Below are positions 34,359 to 45,744 of a stretch of 64,000 bases of DNA, one piece after another. Under the pieces are notes generated by a model. The model did no database searches. It was not told the origin of the DNA and saw nothing but the letters and a program-made list of their open reading frames with translations. Numbering within the stretch: the stretch's first letter is position 1; each line of letters starts with the position of its first letter. Origin of the DNA: Flectonema sp. DT1601 (lineage: Eukaryota). The stretch covers positions 1,178,001-1,242,000 of the forward strand of contig OZ025789.1 of assembly GCA_964019425.1 (NCBI GenBank), read 5' to 3'. Both the position numbers and the translations under genes were made by a program.

Positions 34359-35256
34359 GTAGCATTAATTCCTTTATGCTTCGTTTTTAATTAAAAAGAC
34401 GATGTGTCTGGTGATAGCTTTTAAGAGAATCGACGGTAGTGGGTGTTGTTCAAAAAAAAAAAAAAAAAAAAAAAACTTCAGCTGATTTGTTTTGATCAGA
34501 TGCCTTTTTTTTTTTTTTTTTGAAACGAGAAGGGAAAAAAAAAAAAAAATTACTAATTGCTGCCACTGTGCAGTATTCAGTAAAAGTGGTCTTTTTTTTC
34601 CATATAGCAATCACATTAACGGGCCATCGGAAAAGTAAGCTACTTTTTTTTTTATTTTTTTTTTATGTGTGCTATATTCTCGCCCATGGTTGAAATCTCT
34701 GCAAATTGTGTAGTTTTTTTTTTTTTAAAATACTCTTTTTATTCTCTTAAGTCTTCCCCTAGCATCTCTGCGTTCTACGTACCAAAGTATCGGCACTTCG
34801 GAAAGGGTGTCATCGCAGCTGATACCACTGACTGTGCGACAAAAAAAAAAAAAAAAAAAAAAAAAATTGACGTTTTGATAATTTCTCAACTGTTTGCTAT
34901 AAAACTTAGTAAAGAAAACATGTTTGTTTTCCTGAGTATCATTGCGGGTTAAGAGAAATAAGGGGGAAATGGGGGTGGAGAAAAAAACCCGGTAGAGAGC
35001 ATGATAGGTTGGCTTTAGTTTTAGTTTTTTTATTCCTTTTTTTTTTTCCACGTCTTTTATTATTTTATTGTTAAACATGGAGGGAGGTAGGATTATTCTT
35101 CTCTCTTGTCACAGTAACATGTGTCGCTATAATGGGAACTAGGATCTAATTATGTGTTCACGCTACTACAAAAGATGAAAATTTTCGCCTCCGTTATTAT
35201 TGTTTTTTAGATCCTTTAATCATACTCTTCACTGTAGGTTTTCTCGCATAGAAAAA

Positions 35257-37824
35257 ATGGGAATACTCGGTGTTCGATCACTCACTCTGGCACTGGCAGT
35301 GTCGATGATCTTTGCGACAGGTCTGATCTTGGGAGGGATGTCGATCTCGACGGGGAACAAGTCGACAGATGATGCTCGTGCTACAGGAGATCGAGGTATT
35401 TCTAAGTGTATGGAAAGTGGTGGTAGTAATGTGAGGAGTGTGACTGCACAATTATTGTTGTCGGTGTTGATGGATTTCAGAACAAGAGTCAATGGATTGA
35501 TTGCCGGGCCTTCAATCATGACGAGAGATATGGTGAAATTCTTATCACAATATCACCCTGATGAAGTAGCCAATCCTGACTTCATGGAGAAAACAGTCAG
35601 AAAAGCTACCTTCTCTCAACACTTATCAGCAATAGAACAATACGGACTTGTGAGTCTTACTGTTGTCATATGGAACGTCACTCCTAACAGTGAAACTCTT
35701 CGACAGGCTTATGGTGGTGCTTGGGGAGGTCAGATAAGCTACTTCGTTGCTGGGCAACAGGCCAATGGCAAGTTCATTCAAGGTGTTGCAGAGAGCCGTT
35801 TAACATTTCCGTATGGTCCGTTTAACTACCAACAGGCTCTTGAGTATGGAAATGCAAACGCCTCAGGTCATATCATAGAGGGACCTTGTGATTACTTAAA
35901 TTTCAGTAAGGCAGGCAGATGTGCTGCTGATTTTGCTACAACTACAACTGAGGTGGAAAGAATCCTGGAGGGCAGTTGTTTTTATAATATGCTGAAACCG
36001 AATCAAAATGCACCATTAATTGAACCAGATTCCACTGTTCATTCTCCGATCAGTAGTTCTGGTCCTTCTCTTACGATGACCGCTTGTACGCCGATGACTC
36101 ATCCTGAGCAAGTTAATGTTCTTCCAAGACAAGGACACCGATCAGGTTTAATCTTAACTACTATCGATACAAAAGGTATCAATCGTATGATGAAAGGAAC
36201 ATCTCTCCCTGACGGGTCTGTTCTTTACGCTGTGGAAAAGAGTCCCTGGACTGGTAAGGTGAAGCACATTGCGGGATGTAATATTGGTAAAACGGCCTAC
36301 AATGTCAGGCAGTTTGATGACAAAGGTGCTGAACTCTGGAAAATAAGCATTCCATTCCCAATTGTGAATCACACTTTAGATGGGGAGGTAGACGGGGAAC
36401 TCTCTCCAATCGCAAGACACGGCAGGCACATGATAGAAATGGCCAACAACAGCAAATTCGGTGAGTACTACGACCACATTGAGAGTTTGCCAGCGGGAAC
36501 AGCTGCTGACTGGACAGACACCAACACATCAGTTCTCTACTGGGTGCGAGTTGCTTCTGTAAAGTTATTAGACATTCATTGGTACCTAGTCCTTCTAGTC
36601 CCTCGTAATAGTGTGATGTCTGTTATTGATGATGCTGCTGAAGTTATTCGTGTTCAAATTGTGAAAGACAAACAAGACACAGATGATGAACGTGATAAGA
36701 ACTACACCATCATGTACACAGTGACAGCTGCTTGTGTTGGGATCCTACTGGAGCTCTCTATTGTGTTCACAAGTATTATAATCTCACCACTAATCGCGTT
36801 GAGTGATGACATGGCTGCTGTTGCTGTGATGGAAACCGATTCCCTGGATCTGACGTTACCTTTGAGCTCTCTGAGTGAGGTGAGGGCAATGCAACAATCG
36901 TTTAGGAAAATGGTTAAGAATTTAATTGAGTACAAGAATTACATGCCTCAAAGTGTGTTGATGAAGACAGATGATGAAGAGAGTCGTGAGTCTGCACTCT
37001 CCAATAGTGCTAGCTGTCGTAGTTCAACATCAAGATCCCACAATCGATCTGTGGCTCAACACCAACAGGCAGTTGAAATGGGATTGAAGAAGAAGGTAAT
37101 AAGTGTCATCATGTTCAACAGCATCGGTTGGCATTCAAGAAGGAACAACGACGTCATAGTTGAACAACACTGTTCTCTTATCACATGCTTGACAACCGCG
37201 GTGGAGAAAAACAAGGGAGTGTGCGATGCATTTAACGGAGATAGACTGATGGCGTATTTCAATGCGAATCGAACTAATGGTGAACACCGTTCCTGTGCAG
37301 TCAAGTGTGGGCTGATGGCGAAGTCGGATTGTCAGCTGCAGTTGTCGTTCGCAACGTCTTCCGGGGAAGCGAAGGTGGGCAACATCGGGATTGTTGGGAT
37401 GAAGAAGTTCTCAATCTTATCTCCGATCGTATCATTTGCAGCAACACTCGAAAGGTATTCGGCCTTTGAAAAGTATGATTGTTTGATTGATAAGAGATGC
37501 GCTGAACACTCCAGGGTTTGTGTAGACTCTCGTGTAGTGCAGTTAGTTTGTTTTACAAAGCAATCAGAAGCAGCGCAGTTAGTCTACGAAGCGAAGGCAC
37601 TCCGGGAAGTCAAAGAGGAAGAATGGATGTACCAATTGGAAGCGAAAAGTACCTTTGAGAAGTGGAATGAGTTTGTTCAGATGCTGGCTGCCGGTCAGTT
37701 TGATAGTGCGGAGAAGCAACTCAGCGACTTGAGTTCTTTTACTGGTGATCGGACTTACGATTACTGGCGCGGTGTTTGCTCAAAGAAGAGCCTCAACGTT
37801 ATCGAACTCGATGGAAGGTGTTAG
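35257..37824 (+). CDS. Receptor-type class III nucleotide cyclase-like protein (TM, extracellular domain, TM, HAMP, degenerate cyclase)
   Basis: Two TM segments; HAMP-like PLIALSDDMAAV..EVRAMQQSFRKM, YKNYMPQSV; cyclase-like VIMFNSIGW, GVCDAFNGDRLMAYFN, GNIG. First ATG at 35257. Confidence 0.8.
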   Translation: MGILGVRSLTLALAVSMIFATGLILGGMSISTGNKSTDDARATGDRGISKCMESGGSNVRSVTAQLLLSVLMDFRTRVNGLIAGPSIMTRDMVKFLSQYHPDEVANPDFMEKTVRKATFSQHLSAIEQYGLVSLTVVIWNVTPNSETLRQAYGGAWGGQISYFVAGQQANGKFIQGVAESRLTFPYGPFNYQQALEYGNANASGHIIEGPCDYLNFSKAGRCAADFATTTTEVERILEGSCFYNMLKPNQNAPLIEPDSTVHSPISSSGPSLTMTACTPMTHPEQVNVLPRQGHRSGLILTTIDTKGINRMMKGTSLPDGSVLYAVEKSPWTGKVKHIAGCNIGKTAYNVRQFDDKGAELWKISIPFPIVNHTLDGEVDGELSPIARHGRHMIEMANNSKFGEYYDHIESLPAGTAADWTDTNTSVLYWVRVASVKLLDIHWYLVLLVPRNSVMSVIDDAAEVIRVQIVKDKQDTDDERDKNYTIMYTVTAACVGILLELSIVFTSIIISPLIALSDDMAAVAVMETDSLDLTLPLSSLSEVRAMQQSFRKMVKNLIEYKNYMPQSVLMKTDDEESRESALSNSASCRSSTSRSHNRSVAQHQQAVEMGLKKKVISVIMFNSIGWHSRRNNDVIVEQHCSLITCLTTAVEKNKGVCDAFNGDRLMAYFNANRTNGEHRSCAVKCGLMAKSDCQLQLSFATSSGEAKVGNIGIVGMKKFSILSPIVSFAATLERYSAFEKYDCLIDKRCAEHSRVCVDSRVVQLVCFTKQSEAAQLVYEAKALREVKEEEWMYQLEAKSTFEKWNEFVQMLAAGQFDSAEKQLSDLSSFTGDRTYDYWRGVCSKKSLNVIELDGRC

Positions 37825-38198
37825 AGATTGACATGAATGTTTGAAAGGATATCATCAAGGGTTGGAATGGTAGTTTTTTTCATGTGAATGGAAGTCTCTT
37901 TTTTAACCTAGAAACTATTTCAGATTGAGAGTTGTTATGTGATCTAATTTCCTTTACCAAGTTGTAGGACCTCGGCGGTATCAACTTCCCTTTTTTTAAT
38001 TTTCTTTTTCAGATTGATAGCCGAGGATTCGATTCGATTTAAATGGGGGTGTTTTTTTCTTCCCGTTTTTAAAGTGCTGTGTGCTATCAACTGGACTGTT
38101 TTAATGTGCGACTTAATTTCCATTTTTTCGTATTGGCCCGATATTTTCAACTGCAGGAATGGTTTCCGCCTTTTCCGTTTTTTTCCCCGTTTTTTTTT

Positions 38199-38324
38199 TA
38201 CACTTACGAAGTCGGAAAAGAAACTATTCAGATTAAGAGTCATTTTAATTTATTTATGTCTGATGTTACCTGTATTAGTATTACTGTCTACGATCAATAA
38301 AAATACATAAAAGGCTTTATCTGA
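38199..38324 (+). mobile_element. Short dispersed element, copy C
   Basis: acgaagtcggaaaagAAACTATTCAGATT...aaaaggctttATCTGA between T tracts; aligns end to end with 58225-58338. Confidence 0.65.
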
Positions 38325-38404
38325 TTTTTTTTTTCTTTCCCCATCACCAGGAGGATACTATCTGGTTTCTTTTTTCTTTCCCCATCACCCGGAGGATATT
38401 ATCT
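38318..38404. repeat. Two-unit tandem repeat (about 41 bp)
   Basis: ttttttctttccccatcacc(a/c)ggaggata(c/t)tatct occurs twice in tandem. Confidence 0.85.
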
Positions 38405-39048
38405 CAGATTGAGAGTTTTTGTCTCTGAGTGTTAGTTTAACCGTCTGCGATTAACTACTTCTTTAAAGAGTTAGAAGTGTGTATCCTGTAGTGATTTACT
38501 TTAGCTGAGGTTGTGTGGTTTGTAGGTTGTAGTCACTACATTCATAACTAATGACACATTTTTATTATTATTATTATCGATACGTGTGCGATACGATAGG
38601 TTTTACAAGCACTTTTCAGTGTTGTAAAAACTTTTTCGTATGTGTGCCAACTATTCTTGTCTTTCCGCTTTTTTTTTTTGAATTTATTTTATTGTCTGGA
38701 TGTCTCTTTTCTAACAAGTGAATATCAAATGATGAGCATTTGCGCTGTTGTAGTAGTTGTGAGACTTTTCATCAATACACAAATAAGGGGGCTGCGAATT
38801 GTCTCTGGATGACCTTTTCGTGTTCTCTCTTTTCTTTATTTAACGGAAGTACTTTTGATGAACTTTTGTTGTCTTTTCTACCTGAGGATGTTTGTTTTGA
38901 ATTCAGTTTCTTGATGTTGAAAAGTGAGTCAAAATTTTTTTTAAACTACGTGGTGTTCTTTTCTTTCTTCAAAAAAAAATAAAAATAAAGAAACAGCTTT
39001 TTTAATCTTTTACTACAATTAAACAGAACTTTAACCACATCAATATAG

Positions 39049-40659
39049 ATGGTGGTATTTAGACGAGCGTTGGCTCGTTCAATTAGGAGGTACTGTTCTG
39101 CGGGAGAGACAGATTGGGGAGAAGAAGGATCGCTGAGGAAATACAGATCAGGTGGGGAAGGAAACATACGCAAAAGACCACAGAGAGCAGGAACTTGGAC
39201 TGAGGTTCCCGACGGATCAAAAATGTCTTACGAGAATGCTATTAAAGCTTTAGAGCAAGATGCTGCACCTTCAGCCTTCGATGCTATATTTATGAGTCAA
39301 GGGTGTCCTCATCCGCTGGAAGTCTTTGAAGATATGAATTCCCGTCGTGCAGGATACAAGATGCGCGATCATGTTATCTGTCGATTTCTCTTACAATGCA
39401 GGAAACTTATCAGTAAAGACAAACGCGAGATTGCAAAAGCCAAGTCATTATTTTATGCAGCACTTAACAAGAGACACATGGTCGGGCCAATGAGTAACAA
39501 TGCCTTGATCATGTGCTTTTGTGAAGCAGGAAAAGTAGAAGGCGCTGAAACTACATTTCGAAAAATGAAAAAAATGGATTTCCATCCTTCCTTACACGCC
39601 TACTGTGCTATGATAAAAGTTTTATGTATTCAACAAAGTCCTGACCTTCCTAAGGCTTGGGAATACTTTCAACAAATGATTACAATGTCTAAACACGATC
39701 CAGATGAGAGAGAAAAAGTAAAAACATCTGTATGCATGGCTGGAACATCACTCTTGATTGGGGCTCGCAATGTCAAGTCAGCAGACTACGCAGAAAAAGT
39801 ATGGGATCTACTGGTACGACAATGGAAAATGAACCCATCAGCGATAATGTATTCCCATTACATAGCAGCTTTATGTACTGTTGATATGAAGGATCAAGCG
39901 TTGGAGATCTTAGCAGAAATGAAGCATTCTGGAACGCATATGACAAGTCATCCATATTTTTATATTCTTAAATCTCTTAATGCTGATGCTATGTCTGTAG
40001 AACAAGCTGAACAACTCCTTGAGGAGATGCACGAACTTGATATCCCCACCAGCGTACACATCTGGACAGTAATGATAAGACTTTACCAACTAATAGACGA
40101 TAAGTATGGAGTCATATCCTCCTATGGTAGAATGAGACGATGTAATATCATACCATCAATCCATACCTGGGTCATAATGCTGAACGCTTGTGTCTCAAAC
40201 TGTAAGCATCCTGACGATGTTTACGGCAGGCTAATACCAAGAATTTGGCATAAGATGCGTTTTGGTATCAGAAGAGACTTGAGAAAGAAAGGAGCAGTTG
40301 AAAATCATTCTGAACCGGAAATACCTGTGGGGACGATCGCACGATTTGTTAAAGTATTTGAGGAAAATCAAAATGAAGAAGGTTTACACAACATTGTCGA
40401 GCATTTACGCTCGCGAAATGTTCTTTGTAACGACTCCTTTACTAAACCTATTCGTGAAGCTTTATGTCGAATTACAACTGTTGAATCTAAGAAACTGTTG
40501 GACAGTTTTAATTCTGAAATATTAGCTGCGAAAGCGTCTCTTGCTAAGAAACGTGCGGTCAACAAAGAAACTAATCGGACTACGTTAAAAAACAGTACGA
40601 GACCCATTCACGCTGCAGCAAGACAAAAACTACAAGACAAACCAGGAGGACATTTCTAA
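39049..40659 (+). CDS. Mitochondrial pentatricopeptide-repeat protein
   Basis: Presequence MVVFRRALARSIRRYCS; repeats NALIMCFCEAGKVEGAETTFRKMKKMDFHPSLHAYCAMI, PSAIMYSHYIAAL and PSIHTWVIMLNAC. Confidence 0.88.
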   Translation: MVVFRRALARSIRRYCSAGETDWGEEGSLRKYRSGGEGNIRKRPQRAGTWTEVPDGSKMSYENAIKALEQDAAPSAFDAIFMSQGCPHPLEVFEDMNSRRAGYKMRDHVICRFLLQCRKLISKDKREIAKAKSLFYAALNKRHMVGPMSNNALIMCFCEAGKVEGAETTFRKMKKMDFHPSLHAYCAMIKVLCIQQSPDLPKAWEYFQQMITMSKHDPDEREKVKTSVCMAGTSLLIGARNVKSADYAEKVWDLLVRQWKMNPSAIMYSHYIAALCTVDMKDQALEILAEMKHSGTHMTSHPYFYILKSLNADAMSVEQAEQLLEEMHELDIPTSVHIWTVMIRLYQLIDDKYGVISSYGRMRRCNIIPSIHTWVIMLNACVSNCKHPDDVYGRLIPRIWHKMRFGIRRDLRKKGAVENHSEPEIPVGTIARFVKVFEENQNEEGLHNIVEHLRSRNVLCNDSFTKPIREALCRITTVESKKLLDSFNSEILAAKASLAKKRAVNKETNRTTLKNSTRPIHAAARQKLQDKPGGHF

Positions 40660-41061
40660 TAATTGAATGGCGAATTAACTGCTGTTAATCCCGTTAGACT
40701 GTAATGGATTTATCAATGTTTTCGAGTAAAGCATGAAACCACTCTTTATGTAATTGCACCATCCGTAGGACTTGTTTAGTATGTGATATTTTTTAATGGA
40801 AAAAAAAAAACGTTTTTTTTTTAAACGACAACTGAACACTTATTGAGATAAAAACCAAACAGGATTACAACGTTGAAACACATGATCTTTTTAGTTAGTG
40901 TGTGACGTAAGCCAATTCCATGGTTTGTGATAAAACTTTTTCATTAATACAGAAATGGTGGCATTCAATATAGAAGAGGAGATGATCGTTTTTGAGTGAT
41001 CGAAAGATAATAATTTCATTATTATTTGTTATATTTCTTTTTCCAGTCCCCACAGTTAGCG

Positions 41062-42423
41062 ATGCCGAGGGCTCGCATGGGGACGCGCTTTGCTAAGCTT
41101 CTGGTTGGGTTTATGTTGATTGTAGTGGTAGGAATGGCTGTACCGCTTTTACAATTCAATTCAATGATTTCTTTTATAAAAGCGGTGGATGTGAAATCCA
41201 CTGACGCAGCGCAGACGGTCATAACAACGCCACCACCACCACCACCACCACCACCACCACCACCACCACCACCACCACCACCGCCACCACCACCACCAGT
41301 GAGTGATAGCAGCAGCTCTCTCTCTGACATGGGCACCAGTATGGGACTCGAAACAGATGATATCATTGAAACTAATATCAATCCTGTAACTACACAAACA
41401 GAAGGATGTACTGCTCCATTTGATCGATCACTTCTCGATAGTAGTGACACTTCTAGTTGTCCGTTGAAGTGGATGGGATTAACGGGAACACAACCAGGTT
41501 GTATAACAAATACAACACTGGGGTACATAACGAAGTATGTATCCTTCGCTGTAATCACCGGATCGAGTGATAAGTTTTTCCGCGCGGATCTTGGTCTTTG
41601 CTCATGGATGTATCACGCTCCTGAGTCTTCATTATTCTTTTTTTCTGATAAGGCTGATACCGCAACCGACAGACGAGGTACTTGGGTAGAAGACAAAATC
41701 CCCGAAGGGGTTCTGTTCACAAAGCAACAGGCAGAAACGAAAGGCTACCACTTGGGATGGGTAAAGGCTCAATTTAGATTCTTATTTGGTATTAAACACA
41801 TTATTGAAGTAGATCGAGATCTTGGTACTCAAAAGAAATGGTTTCTTCTTATAGATGATGATACTTTTATTAATCTTGATGGTCTTGTTGTTAAATTACA
41901 AGAATACGACAGACGACCTCCTAAGAGCGGAAAACACGGAAGATACTTGGGGGAGCGTGGTTGGGGTGGAGCGGGTCATTTTTTTGATAAAATGGCGAGT
42001 CAGACGCTTTTGAAAAAATTACACTCCGTTTGCATAGATAAGTACATGATCAAATCATTCCACGCTTCAGACGTCACATTGCGTAAATGCGCTCCTTTAT
42101 TAAAACTCGAGACGATAACAGAAGGAACTATGTCTCATTGCCAAGCTAATCACATTAGAGAACGTCTGCTAACAGGAAGACATGTCACAATGCACATCAA
42201 ACGAGAGATGACCAAACCAGACATGCTAGCTGCTTGGAGGACAAGACTGATTTATCAAACTGTTTATCACAGGAATGTAACTGCTTATAAACTTCTCATG
42301 AAGGTTGGCAATTGTGCTTATGGAGGTTGCAAACACCCAGCCTGTGGACAATCTCATGACAAAGCAGCAATGGAATTATTCTTAGAGGTATCACAGAATG
42401 CAACAGTGATGCCGAACTTTTGA
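41062..42423 (+). CDS. Type II membrane GT31 (Fringe/C1GALT-like) glycosyltransferase with poly-Pro stem
   Basis: N-terminal TM, 23-Pro tract, KWFLLIDDDTFINL (DxD motif), GGAG, SDVTLRKC. First ATG at 41062. Confidence 0.82.
   Translation: MPRARMGTRFAKLLVGFMLIVVVGMAVPLLQFNSMISFIKAVDVKSTDAAQTVITTPPPPPPPPPPPPPPPPPPPPPPPVSDSSSSLSDMGTSMGLETDDIIETNINPVTTQTEGCTAPFDRSLLDSSDTSSCPLKWMGLTGTQPGCITNTTLGYITKYVSFAVITGSSDKFFRADLGLCSWMYHAPESSLFFFSDKADTATDRRGTWVEDKIPEGVLFTKQQAETKGYHLGWVKAQFRFLFGIKHIIEVDRDLGTQKKWFLLIDDDTFINLDGLVVKLQEYDRRPPKSGKHGRYLGERGWGGAGHFFDKMASQTLLKKLHSVCIDKYMIKSFHASDVTLRKCAPLLKLETITEGTMSHCQANHIRERLLTGRHVTMHIKREMTKPDMLAAWRTRLIYQTVYHRNVTAYKLLMKVGNCAYGGCKHPACGQSHDKAAMELFLEVSQNATVMPNF
41230..41298 (+). 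repeat. (CCA)n coding microsatellite, 23 Pro codons
   Basis: Seen directly in the sequence; one CCG interruption. Confidence 0.95.
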
Positions 42424-42751
42424 GTATTGTACGTTCTCGTACACTCGCTAAGCAATTCATTGCAATCTATTTCAGGAGAATAATCAATATTAACAATCGA
42501 GACATATTCCTTCAGAATAAGTCTCTCAGATGTTATTATTAATATTAAAGGCCCCCTGCCTTAGGAAAGTTAGATTTCGTAACTTAAATCGCTGATTCAG
42601 AACGCATCTGTTGATTTTGTTTTTAATATACTTATACGAATCCAGGTCTCATGTATGTTGGGGAGGAAGTTTTGTCGTTTCTGTTGTAGAATTGTGTGAT
42701 AGTTTTTAGTTATTTATTATTCAGTTATTCCCTCCCCCAACGCATGTCGGC

Positions 42752-45505
42752 ATGTTCTTACTCGGGAGAAGGAGAATTCTACTTTTCGTTATCGCAGTGA
42801 TATATGTATCTCTGTTTAGAATATTTTGGGAGAATGCAGGGGCTGAGAATTCAATTATTGTTAAGGTTGAACCTCATCGACATATCAAAAATAAAATAAC
42901 TATTCCAACAAAGGTAATAGCTGTTTACTTCCACAGTGAAGATGTTTGGGGAAAGAAACGAGCTCAGCTACCGAAGTCAATCTCTCTAAAGGGACAACAG
43001 TACAACGTCATCCAGTTGACTTCATTAGAACAAGAATTAGTTGAGTTTCATTATATTGTGTTGTGGAATGCTTTGTTAATTCCGACAACTGGAACGACTT
43101 CTTTTCTTAAGCAGCTTTTGATATCAGTTAGCAGTAATGCGAAACTCGCATCATGCACGGTTATTGATGGTGATAAAGTTGTTAATTCTGGATTCTCATC
43201 ACTTCATCCAACGCACTCAGATGAGTTCTTTGTTGTTCCTCGACTATCTGGTGAAGGTCTTGGCCATCGTCAGCTTATTGACAGCAATTTCAAGTCTTCC
43301 GTTTCACTGTTAAATTCCGACTGTTTGTTACTTTCAAATAAGAATAACGAGGCAGGCTCTCTTCTAAACAAATTACTCAAAATAATGCCGACAGTCACTA
43401 ACGTAACCACACTCAAAAGACAACTAGAAGTGAGTAAGACGTATGCCAGTTACAGAGCACACAGGAATGTAATATTATCAATGAAGATACACACTGATAC
43501 TGTTCAGACTCCTGTCTCTTTTAGTAGGGATTTGTTGTCTTCGATAACGGTGTTGGGAATTGCATTGAAAAAAATAAATACATTATCGAAGTGTGTTGAT
43601 GTTGCGAGTTGGGATTTTGAAAGGTACATTGACTCTGGAACTGCAACAGATTCACATTTTGGTATGGCAGCGCAGAGTCTTCGTCAGGGTGACTTTATTA
43701 ATGCTAGTGTCTTACTACAACAAAGTACTGAAACCTTACTTGAAGACGTCAAGGATCTTGATACGAGACTTCCATCACCGATTAACGTCCCAGACTGGAG
43801 ACAGTTGGGATGGACATTAACCGCCCTGCTCAGCACCCGCGATGAAGCTATCGTCCCTGGAAACACTTCTGGTTCGTTAGACTGGCGTTTAATTCCAGGT
43901 AAAAAAAAGAATACTCAATTCGATGCAAAATATCTTTGGTTTCTTAATGACCAATCTTTAACAAATAGTGATTTATCGAACTCTCACAGAGTATTGTTCG
44001 AACCTAGACCGGAATTTATTATATCGACAATTGGACAACGCAGACTAGTAGTAGCATGGTTACTTCCTTGTTGTTCTTGTTGTGGATTTGTTAATGAAGC
44101 AGTAGATTTAATTAGAGGACTTTTACTGTTGGGTGTTGATGTGAGAATATCATCAAAAACTAAAGGATGTATGTGTGATTCTCTCCCACAACACACTCAA
44201 TCGTTAATGAATTCATTACACACTAACGGAACAATGTTAATGAATCTCGCAATAAAACCTCAAACAAGAGTAATTCTCATTCAACACGGAATACCAAATA
44301 TCTTCTTAGAAATGAGAGCGGCTGCTGGAATCACTGACACGACTGGAATGCGAGTAGTATCTCGTAGCATGTATGAATTTTCAAAACTGCCTGCGAATTT
44401 TTCTTCAAACTTAAACAAGTACAGTGATGAAGTTTGGGTTCCTTGTAATTTCGTAAAAGACGTAATGATCTCGGAAAACGTAACTGTATTCATCGCAGTG
44501 CTACCCGAATCAATTTCTACTGATGTCTTCCACTCACTTCCTGGACAGCCTTTAATAGAATTGCCTCCTCTTTCATATGAAAATAGGTTGGAAGAATTCG
44601 GTCAACGTCCTCAAAATAAACCATTCTCATTCTTATCGATGTTTAAATGGGAACCTAGAAAGGGTTGGGACGTTCTAATAGAATCATATATAAAAGCTTT
44701 TTCAAAGAATAGCAACACTGCTTTGTACATTAGTACGATACCGCATCGAATGCCGGATGCCGAACGCAGTGAAATCGTCAACGATGTCGTGAAGTTGTTG
44801 AAGAGTCTAGGTTATAATAGGGAAGACGTTCCCTACATTTGTATAATATACGCTGAAATTAAATCCAGTGAGATACCCGCTCTCTATGCCGCCACGGATG
44901 CATTCGTGCTTCCAACTCGTGGTGAAGGATGGGGTTTGCCAATCATGCAAGCATTAGCAATGGGAAAACCAACAATAGCCACTGCTTGGAGTGGCCACAT
45001 GCACTTCTTGACTTTGAATAATTCTCTTCTTCTGAACTATTCGGAAGAGGAAATTCCTCGAAAATCTTACTACGGTTGGTCCCCTGGAAAAAAATGGGCT
45101 GAACCCAATATTTCAGAACTCAAACGTTTAATGATCTTATTAGCAAGTGATAAAGAGCTGTGTAGTAAATTAGGAAAACAGGCAGCTATCGATGTATGTG
45201 TTTTATCTTTTTTATTTAGTACAAGGGTGAGTGAGAATAACTCATGACCCTTCCTATGCGTTGATAAAGCAGTGTGATTTGTCCCACAAGTGCTGACAAG
45301 AAAGTAGAGAACATGATCGAACACACAAAGTAAAACTGTGTTTATTGTTGCTTTAATTCTCGGTTTTTTAAAATAAACAAAACAAAAAACAAAACAGGCA
45401 AAACGCTACGCTCTGTTACCAGTAGCAAGGACTTGGCTTACACACTTGAAAAGGGTTGCTAGACTTAGTAAATGGAAACCCAGGCGGTTTGGAAGAGGAA
45501 TTTGA
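42752..45505 (+). CDS. Type II membrane GT4 (group 1) glycosyltransferase; intron 45194-45397
   Basis: DEVWVP, FKWEPRKGWDVLI, DAFVLPTRGEGWGLPIMQALAMGKPTIATAWSG. Splicing adds AKRYALLPVARTWLTHLKRV...GI*. Confidence 0.85.
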
Positions 45506-45744
45506 GGAGCGAGTTACTCCGCGAGAAACTCTAAATTTAATTAATTTACCAAATCTTCACAACATTATCTACACTTTTACTTTTTCTGTTTATTGTTTTG
45601 TTCTAATTTAAGAAGCCCTTTCATTCTCCCTTTCTTATTATTGCCATTTAACCGACTTTTTAATACTGTTTTACTCAATTTGAACCCATTAATAAAAATA
45701 TAAAACAATATATTTTTTGTTATCAGGGGCGGCTCAAAAGATAA

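Noticed and set aside
45221..45270. TPP riboswitch in the GT4 intron (GGGTG..TGAGA..ACCC..GATAA)
   Set aside because: Lacks the GAACCTGAT junction and the P4/P5 arrangement.
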